Shown piece by piece: positions 1 to 6,749 of a stretch of DNA of 6,844 bases. The first letter of the stretch is position 1; each line of letters opens with the position of its first letter. The DNA is from Selaginella moellendorffii (taxonomy: Eukaryota > Plantae > Lycopodiophyta): positions 1 to 6,844 of the forward strand of contig NW_003314677.1 in assembly GCF_000143415.4 (NCBI RefSeq). The letters run 5' to 3'. Position numbers and translations under genes: made by a program. The notes below the pieces were generated by a model. That model had not been told where the DNA came from, ran no database searches, and worked only from the letters and a program-made list of their open reading frames with translations.

Positions 1-839
1 TGCGCCACAGCTTGAAGAAGCTGCCTAAACGCATCTGCAGGTGGTGACTCACCGCCGAGGAGCACCGACTGGAGCGAGCGGCCACAAAACTCCATGACAA
101 TGTACACTTTCGACTTGCCCGGCTCGCCTTCCTCCTTCCACATGTCGAAGTATTTGACTATGTTGGGGTGTTCGCAGCGCTGGAGCATCTCTCCCTCCTT
201 GAAGACGAGCGCGACATCCTGGTCTCTGGACTTCGTTGCTGTGCGAACCTTGATGACTTTGATGGCGTAGATTTGTTCGTCCTCCTTGCTACGGCACTTG
301 TATACTTTCCCGGACGCCCCCTGGCCAACACAAGCGAGCACTTCGTAGCTGCTGCAGAAGCGGCCTGGACAAGAGAGACAAGGGGCCACTCAGAAGCGAA
401 AAGATGCCAAAGAGACAAATTATTGTATCCACCTGCTGCTGCAACTGGAGTCTCCCCTCCCTTTTGGATCGATTCCACGATCCCGGTCACAACATTCGCC
501 GAGAGCATCTTGAATCTCTCCAAGCGTTGTGCCATTGCGAGGAATTGCCGAACATATTCTGCAAGTCATGAATCAAACCAGCAAAGAGTCGTGTCAGCCA
601 ACAAAAGGAATTCCTCGTACCAGCGTCAGGAGCAGCCTGCAACGCGGATGCATCATGATCAGTTTCTCCTGCTCCTGCTTCAACGAGGATCTTCATCAGA
701 CAAGTGCAGATGTTTCAAGTTTTGACCAACCTGATCGAGCTCGGTTAATCGGATCCAGTGGGCGGGTCCTTTCGAGCATGACGTCGGATCGCTTCTGAGT
801 GTGTAGTTTCTTCGGACCAGCAGCTCTCTTCCTCTCCAT
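1..839 (-). CDS. Spliced Ser/Thr protein kinase, GCN2/eIF2-alpha-kinase-like catalytic domain, 3' part outside window; coding exons 839-731, 674-621, 558-433, 364-<1
   Basis: Manual translation of minus strand 364->1 gives GRFCSSYEVLACVGQGASGKVYKCRSKEDEQIYAIKVIK...KEGEMLQRCEHPNIVKYFDMWKEE...VYIVMEFCGRSLQSVL...FRQLLQAVA (Gly loop, AIK lysine, alphaC Glu, HPNIV, hinge, alphaE). Three GT-AG introns (730-675, 56 bp; 620-559, 62 bp; 432-365, 68 bp), all phase 1, join in one frame to an ATG at 839 in CCACCATGG context with an in-frame TGA five codons upstream. Kinase identity is high confidence; upstream exon model and subfamily are less certain. Confidence 0.85.
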
Positions 840-876
840 GGTGGACTCTGGTCAGTGTTAACATTGTGAGTCGTTG

Positions 877-1046
877 CTGAAAGCACAAAAGAGATTGAGG
901 AGTCGTTACTGCACTTATCCAACGGCTGGAGCCTAGAATGCGCACATCAGCTGTCCGTCAATGGATTCACAACAAACTTGCTACAATTGCATTCTCACCT
1001 CCTTCTGCCTCGCCAACAGTAGGCTGCAAACCAGCAGCGCACTCAC
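877..1046 (-). other. Probable 5'-UTR intron(s) of the kinase gene
   Basis: Minus-strand donor-like sites GAG|GTGAGT (1046) and GAG|GTGAGA (998); acceptor-like sites TTCTAG| (933) and TTTTGTGCTTTCAG| (877). Exact pairing cannot be determined. Confidence 0.45.
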
Positions 1047-1258
1047 CTCTGCCCTTGCCAGATGATCACGGAGGCTCTAGATTTGGAATCTAAGCTGCAT
1101 TGAGGATCCGACGCGCTCCTCCGGCTCCCTTGCCAATAGTAGGGTACAAGAATACAAAAGGCCACATCGGATAGAGTTTAGGGCAGACGTGGCACCTTTG
1201 GTCACCTTTTGTGGCCCTTCTTCATTTCCACGGAATACGAGTCATTTTTTAGGGTATC
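1047..1258. promoter_or_regulatory. Putative short bidirectional promoter region between kinase and phosphatase; contains ABRE/G-box-like ACGTGGC at 1187-1193
   Basis: Lies between divergent genes; motif seen directly, but a single 7-mer is weak evidence; no clear TATA box. Confidence 0.4.
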
Positions 1259-1846
1259 ATGAAGAAGACACTCATTCTCGATCTAGACAATACACTGGTA
1301 TACGCTCATAAGGATCTCGTCTCTTCTGTAGATTTCAGCATGGAATTCAACGATGATGCACCACTCCACATCATGAAGAGACCAGGCGTAGATGAATTTC
1401 TGGGGAAGGTTTCAAAAGTGTACAATATCGTGGTGTTTAGTGCCGCCCAGGAGAAGTATGTCAACCTTGTGGTTGACCATCTGGATCCTACTGGGGGGCT
1501 TGTGTCGAGGAGGCTACATGGTGGCAATTGCGTTGTTCTAAAGGACGGGACGAAAGTCAAGAATCTTGACCATGTAGGGTTTCGGGATTTCAAGCGGGTG
1601 GTGGCACTGGATGACATTATTGACTTCTACCAAGGTCATCAAGAGAGCGTGGTGGTGGCTCCAAAGTTTGAGGGGTCAAAGGATGACCACTTCTTGGCAG
1701 ATGTAACCCCATTCCTTCTTGCGCTGTCAAAGTGTGTGGATTTTACCAAAGTTAACCATCGCTGGAATATTGGACAATGTGTGGAGAAGCAAGGCAAATT
1801 GTACGTCCTAGATTCATTCGATGATGAATGGGTTGTTTTTAACTGA
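1259..1846 (+). CDS. FCP1/SCP-family (NIF domain) CTD small phosphatase-like HAD phosphatase, 195 aa, intronless
   Basis: KKTLILDLDNTLV (DxDxT motif I), KRPGVDEFL, IVVFSAA (motif II), KYVNLVVDHLDP, VKNL (motif III Lys), RVVALDD (motif IV), F.G.KDD.FL....PFL..L; uninterrupted ORF; AATAAA at 1861-1866. Confidence 0.93.
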   Translation: MKKTLILDLDNTLVYAHKDLVSSVDFSMEFNDDAPLHIMKRPGVDEFLGKVSKVYNIVVFSAAQEKYVNLVVDHLDPTGGLVSRRLHGGNCVVLKDGTKVKNLDHVGFRDFKRVVALDDIIDFYQGHQESVVVAPKFEGSKDDHFLADVTPFLLALSKCVDFTKVNHRWNIGQCVEKQGKLYVLDSFDDEWVVFN

Positions 1847-1860
1847 TTATGTTATTTTGT

Positions 1861-1866
1861 AATAAA
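1861..1866 (+). terminator. Candidate polyadenylation signal AATAAA
   Basis: Exact hexamer 14 nt after the phosphatase stop codon in an AT-rich tract. Confidence 0.4.
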
Positions 1867-2257
1867 TGTTATAATTTTTCTGCCAAAGTGTAGTTTATGC
1901 AAATGAATCTTAGTGAACTTTTGAGCTCAGGATTTCCTACATGTCTCATGTAAAACAAAATGGCAAAACAAGAAAAACAGCACACCAAATTTTCAAGCTC
2001 TTTTGCCAAGGAAATCCCCTTTACATTGAGAGCCCACAGCTTTGCAACACCCCATGAACACCAATAGGAGCACGTGCCCACCTCAAACAACAAGCGAGAC
2101 TTCAAAAAGGACATCACTGATCCAACATTTGATGCCGGAGGATAAGATGCTTAGAAGACTGATTGCTTCTGAGTTCTTTTATGTCTGTTGTTTAGTGCCT
2201 ATGTGAAGCTATTGACAAAAATGTGATGATCCATATGAAGCTCTTCACAGGATCATG

Positions 2258-2314
<57 letters not shown>
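2258..2314. repeat. (GA)n microsatellite, (GA)11 AA (GA)16 G
   Basis: Directly visible; one interruption at 2280. Confidence 0.99.
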
Positions 2315-2316
<2 letters not shown>

Positions 2317-2324
2317 TCTTTGCC

Positions 2325-3284
2325 ATGACATCCAGCGAAGTAGCAAGAGGAGTGATCGCGGTGCCTCCTGCAGGCATCTCCACGCCAAATCGCGACTCTT
2401 CTGCGCCAATGTGGTGATTCCAAGTCCCTCCTGCGAGGGAAGCTCTTGCACCGCCGCCTGGCCGCCACCCTCGACCTACGCCACCACCCCTTGTTCAGCA
2501 ATCTCCTCATCCTCATGTATGGCAAGTGCTCCAGCCTCCCAGACGCATGGTCCGTCTTCCACGATCTCGTCCACAAGAACGCCTTCTCCTGTAACATCAT
2601 GATCTCGACGCTCTGCGCAAACGGCCAGAGCGCGCAAGCGATTCATCTCTTCCTCGCCCTCGCCAGCGATTCAGTCGTCCGCCCCACCCACGTCTCGTTC
2701 GTCGCCGCGCTCGCCGCCTGCGCCAATTGCCCCGATCTCCAGTCGGGCATCCGGATCCACGCCCAGATCATCGCCGTGCCACCCGCGATCGCGAGCAATC
2801 CAGTCGTGTGCTGTGCCCTCTTAACCATGTATGGGAAATGCGGCAGCCTGGCAGACGCGCGGAAGGTCTTTGATGACATGCCGCGCAAGACGATAGTTGC
2901 CTGGAGCGCGATGCTGGCTGCTTGCACCAGAAATCCCGATCAGGGCGGGCTCCCCGCTGCGATCGAGCTCTATCGCCAGCTCCGGGATGCCGGCATCGGC
3001 GCGGACTGGAACACTGCAATTGCCGCAAATGCCCATAATGGGCAGTTTAGAGCGGCGATTGCGCTGCTGTGGAAGTTGGATCTGGAAGGGATCGGGCCTG
3101 ATATGGTGACGCTGACTGAGATCCTGGCAGCGTGTTCTTGGAAGCAGGATAAAGCACAGGGTATAAAGATCCACGGAGCGTACTTGCTCGTGTGGTTGGG
3201 AGCGTAATGTTGTCGCTGGAACCTCTATCGTCAACATGTATGGAAAGTGTGGCAGAATCAAGGAAGCATAAGGAAGCAAGAATC
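2325..3284 (+). pseudogene. PLS-class pentatricopeptide repeat (PPR) gene, disrupted and 3'-truncated
   Basis: Frame open 2356-3207: IATLLRQCGDSKSLLRGKLLH (L), NLLILMYGKCSSLPDAWSVF (S), NIMISTLCANGQSAQAIHLF (P), SFVAALAAC...GIRIH (L), ALLTMYGKCGSLADARKVFDDM (S), AWSAMLAAC (P), WNTAIAANAHNG...DLEGIGPD (P), VTLTEILAAC...GIKIH (L). After a +1 shift at about 3175 it continues ERTCSCGWERNVVAGTSIVNMYGKCGRIKEA* (S; stop 3269-3271). The likely ATG (2325) is also out of frame by one base near 2364. No E/DYW domain. Confidence 0.88.
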
Positions 3285-3500
3285 TAAAATTATTTTTTGT
3301 TTATCATGGCCTTTATAAAGCAAATTTATTCATATTTTATATTCCTTTATTTATATGTTGTTATATTCCATGTAGTTTCAATTTGAACCACTTGCTTTTG
3401 TATATAAATTAGAGTTTTTGGGATAATTGATATACACATTTTATGTATTCCCTATCCATATTCCATGCACTCACATTATTTTATATTCTGTGCACTCACA
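3285..3500 (+). repeat. Putative 5' LTR (3' end defined, 5' end uncertain or truncated)
   Basis: Ends in ...CTCACA one base before the TGG of the PBS; partner LTR is not in the window. Confidence 0.6.
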
Positions 3501-3501
3501 T

Positions 3502-3519
3502 TGGTGGAGGTGAGGGGCA
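3502..3519 (+). promoter_or_regulatory. Primer binding site, tRNA-Ala type (TGGTGGAGGTGAGGGGCA)
   Basis: Starts TGG 1 nt after the LTR-terminal CA; 15/18 match to TGGTGGAGATGCGGGGTA, the complement of the plant tRNA-Ala 3' end as recalled from memory. Confidence 0.75.
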
Positions 3520-3553
3520 CCTTTGATTATTCTTGAAAAGTGCTTAAATTTGA

Positions 3554-3664
3554 GATTTTGGTTTAGATTTAGCTTTTGCATTGTCTAAATTTAGCTTTTT
3601 CCATTTCTTTCTTTTATTCTTTCTTTTTGGGATTTTGGTTTAGATCTAGCTTTTGTATTATCTA
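3554..3664 (+). repeat. 34-bp direct repeat pair (3554-3587, 3631-3664) in the retroelement 5' leader
   Basis: gattttggtttagatttagcttttgcattgtcta vs gattttggtttagatctagcttttgtattatcta, 31/34 identical. Confidence 0.85.
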
Positions 3665-3730
3665 TATCTCCCTTTCCTTCTAGCTTTTTTTTATTGCATT
3701 TCTTTTGCTCTTTCTTTTTCATTCATCTTT

Positions 3731-4650
3731 ATGGTAGAGCAATAGTCTCCTCCTCCTTTAACTTTGGAGTAGCATTTTGTACAATTGCTTAATGCTATGT
3801 GATTGTAGTTGAACAACCAAACTCAGTTGATGGTAGTATTCATAACACATGGTACAACTCTTATTGCTCTTGGTGCCAATCCTCATGTTCAACTAGAGTT
3901 CTTTTATGGGAATCTTTAGGGACAATGTGTACTATTGGTTCAATCACTTTATAGTGATTGCCATATATCATTCTTGGGATGATACTCGATGTTTGTGTGA
4001 GTTTCCCACATGTTTCCAAGGGATAGCGCTGTAGTGGTATAATAGTTTGAATGTAGCTATTTGTGGGGATTAGAGTATTCTTCGAGACGTCTTCAAACAC
4101 ACATTTGGATATGTCAACAATTGTGATAATACTTTCCAACAATTGCATCGTCTTTGTTAAGGACCATCTAAGTCGATGATGCAATTTAGCATTTGTTTTC
4201 GTAGCCTTTTGTTTCATGCGGAGCCAAATATGTTGGAGCAGATCAAACTAGGAATGTTGTGGCCAACACTCGTCAAAGTTTTATAGGACTTATGCATGCA
4301 CTTGCTTGAACGACCTCTAACAATGCTTTTTGTTTAGCACAACATTATGAGACATTGCTTTTTTCACTTCTCGCTACACATCTTTTAGCTCCACTTTCTG
4401 TGGGAGATGGTTTTGTTTCGATGGAGGTTGATGTTACTGCTACTCAGGTTTAAGGACAAGGGTGAGGATGTGGTCATAGTTGTGATATTCGTTACTGAGC
4501 ATGTAATGAAGTTAGTCACATTTATCAGTATTGTCAACGTTTTCCGGATTGGTAGCTTCTATTTCTTGGGTAGAGACTTTGGCATCAACAATGTCTTGTT
4601 GGTATTGTTGCAGTGAAAGGTCTAGACATCGAGATGCATCCAGGAAATGA
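3731..4650 (+). pseudogene. gag: Retrotransposon gag remnant
   Basis: From ATG 3731, reading through stops and shifts: EFFYGN/RDNVYYWFNHF..IA..HSWDD...FQGIAL*WYNSL....D*SILRDVFKHTFG...LHRLC*GPSKSM..F..FRSL (Retrotrans_gag-like); decayed Gly/Arg-rich tract 4451-4490; degenerate zinc knuckle CWYC...H from 4597. Confidence 0.8.
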
Positions 4651-4759
4651 GGAGTCGTGCAAGTAATGGAGGGACCTTGCACGAATAAGTCAATGACCCC
4701 TCCATCTTCCTTTTGGAAGTATCATCAAAAGGTTCATTCGGCATCAGTTCATCTAGTGT

Positions 4760-5046
4760 TTGCTTTCCAAGCTTATTTTTATAACAAAAGGTCTTTTATT
4801 ATTCTCTTTGTATCGATTCATACATGTTCAAGTTTATCTTCTATTATTCGACTTGTTACCATATGTTACCACCTACATTTGTGTCATGCGGCAGAGTCAA
4901 TTTTCATTCTTTATGGCAACGGCCATACATATGCATATGCACGGGATGAAGTGAACCTAGTTGTGTATATAGGTGATCTTGAATTTGGACTGCAGTCATT
5001 GCTAGTGGTGCCGAGTTAAGCTTTTGACTTCATCCTTGGTATGGGC
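4760..5046 (+). pseudogene. Retrotransposon aspartic protease remnant
   Basis: Degenerate catalytic region CIDS (Asp codon 4815-4817), flap-like YGNG, V.L.V.IG, and LVVPS*AFDFILGMG (D.ILG motif). Confidence 0.7.
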
Positions 5047-5247
5047 GCAATCATGCTAAATGTGACTTTGAGGCTACTTCCCCTTGTCTCATACTTCCTT
5101 ATATTTTATCCATTCCTTTCACTTCGAAACATGTTTGTCCCTTTGCTTCTACTTCTACTTTCATTACTTTTGTCTCCCCATTATTTCCTTTTATGTTTCC
5201 GTTTTGTTCTGCTTTTCCATTTTTCAATCCCTCGGTTGACAAGCTCA

Positions 5248-5945
5248 TGAAGGAGTATGCCAATCTCTTTGAGTTTCACCTATTGTCTGGGCCCAAGATT
5301 GCTATATATCATCTGATTCCAACTAGGGATACTCATCCCATCAAAGTTTCTGTTCATCATCAATCACCTAAAGAGATCAAGATTTTACATGCAAATGTCA
5401 AGGAGATGTTGGAAAAGGGTGTTATTCAAAAGTCACGGAGTCCTTGGGCATATGAACCTCATCTTGTGACGAAGCCTAATGCGAATATTCATTTCTACAT
5501 CGATTATCATTCGTTAAACAAAATGACAATTTTAGATGTGTATCCTCTTCCTCACCTGTTGATTTCTTAGATCATCTAAAAAGAAGTTGTTAGTTCACTA
5601 AGTTAGATCTTTCTTCTGGGTACTGGCAAATACTAATGGGCGAAGAAGATATTCCTAAGAATACTTTTTATACACCATTTAGTTTGTATGAGGTTTTGGT
5701 GATTCTGTTTGGTTTGAACAATGGTTTAGCATTTTTCCAACAAATGATGGATGGGGTTCTTTGTGATATGCTAGAGGTGATTACTTACTTCATTAGTGAT
5801 GTTTTGATCCACTCGAAGGGGATGTGGGAGGAATATATGTTTGTAAAGTGTTAAATCAATTATGGGAAGTTGGTTTAAAGTTGAAGTGGTCGAAGTGTGT
5901 ATTTGACTCTAATGACACGACTTATCTTGAGTACCGTATCACATT
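5248..5945 (+). pseudogene. pol: Reverse transcriptase remnant (Ty3/gypsy)
   Basis: KEMLEKGVIQKSRSPWA, LVTKP, FYIDYHSLNKMT..DVYPLP, FTKLDLSSGYWQI, F.TPF.LYE, FGLNN....FQQMMD, FISDVLIHS (YxDD site mutated, 5789-5800), GLKLKWSKCVF...YL; frameshifts near 5555 and 5840. Confidence 0.93.
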
Positions 5946-5959
5946 GCACTGTTGTAAGT

Positions 5960-6447
5960 GTTGTCGAAGTCATCAACATCATCTTTCATCTAGTTTGTGG
6001 ATTATGAGTAGGCATTCATGGATTTCAAAAAGCTATTGATGACTCTTCTGGTTTTGGCGTATCCTAACTACACTTGACCTTTCATTTTGCACATAAATGC
6101 TTTTGATATTGGTCTTGGAGGTGTATTGATGCAAAAGAGCCTGAGTGTGTTTGGTTAGCGCCATCCCATTGCATATATAAGCCGTATATTACAACCAGCA
6201 GAAAAAAACTACTTCACAACAGAGAAAGAATATTTAGTAACAATCTAGGGTTTTGAAAAACTTCACACATATCTACATGGTTCTTGGATATTATTGGAAG
6301 GTGATTATGCTACCATTACTTCATTATTGAAATAAAAAAACTTGATTGGTCATATGACTCAGTGGGCTTTGAAGCTTTAGATATATAATTTTAATAATGT
6401 TCATCACCCAGGGAGTTCTATGGCTGATGCTAATGCTTTTTCTCGAG
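5960..6447 (+). pseudogene. pol: RT connection end and RNase H remnant
   Basis: AFMDFK/LLMT..VLAYPNYT*PFILHINAFDIGLGGVLMQ, PIAYISRILQPAEKNYFTTEKE, YLHG, WALKL*.YNF..VH.PG...ADANAFSR. Confidence 0.92.
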
Positions 6448-6539
6448 CTCCTCTTCCTTATTTGCCCTTTTTTCATATTTCTAACGAGTGTGTTGTTCTA
6501 GCATCTGTGGATTTTCTAGACAAGGATTCTGTGTTGTTA

Positions 6540-6587
6540 GCAGTTGTTGTATTTAATGTTCAAGCAGTTGTTGTATTTAATGTTCAA
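6540..6587 (+). repeat. Perfect 24-bp tandem duplication (AVVVFNVQ x2)
   Basis: gcagttgttgtatttaatgttcaa at 6540-6563 and 6564-6587. Confidence 0.97.
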
Positions 6588-6749
6588 TGTCCACAAGGTG
6601 TAAAACAGAATTTACCTTCTCTAGATGAGGTTTGTGAAGCTCAAAAGATTGAGTCATGGATTTGAAGGCTTCATAATGGGTTTAAAAATTCTACATCACT
6701 TGCTGATGACTTGTCACTCTGGCATTTACTTTTTTAATATTTCTTTGGA

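Noticed and set aside
35-52. Strong donor-like GTGAGT at 52 (minus) inside the kinase exon
   Set aside because: The frame continues uninterrupted into the expected helix (FRQLLQAVA), so no intron is needed.
158-535. 125-aa minus-strand ORF as a stand-alone gene (also 487-696, 680-922)
   Set aside because: These correspond only partly to kinase exons and read through introns into the wrong frame.
168-725. 185-aa plus-strand ORF (also 529-798)
   Set aside because: Antisense shadow of the spliced kinase gene; no recognisable motifs; non-ATG start.
1177-1254. Two TTTAGGG heptamers (1177-1183, 1248-1254) and a weak inverted repeat ggccaca/tgtggcc
   Set aside because: Isolated single units, not a telomeric array or exact telo-box; the inverted repeat is too short to call a MITE.
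1306-1617. 103-aa minus-strand ORF
   Set aside because: Antisense to the phosphatase; no independent support.
2192-2602. ORFs with poly-ER or poly-LS tracts
   Set aside because: Artefacts of the (GA)n microsatellite.
2643-3279. Several overlapping ORFs on both strands
   Set aside because: Shadows of the GC-rich PPR coding sequence.
3458-3664. Spaced direct repeats as a CRISPR-like array
   Set aside because: Only two copies of each repeat, eukaryotic context, explained by LTR and leader structure.
3861-4217. 118-aa minus-strand ORF as an antisense retroelement gene
   Set aside because: Lies opposite the decayed gag; no motifs; best explained as chance.
5041-5250. Hydrophobic Leu/Phe-rich ORF as an env-like or membrane protein
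   Set aside because: T-rich decayed protease-RT linker; wrong position for env.
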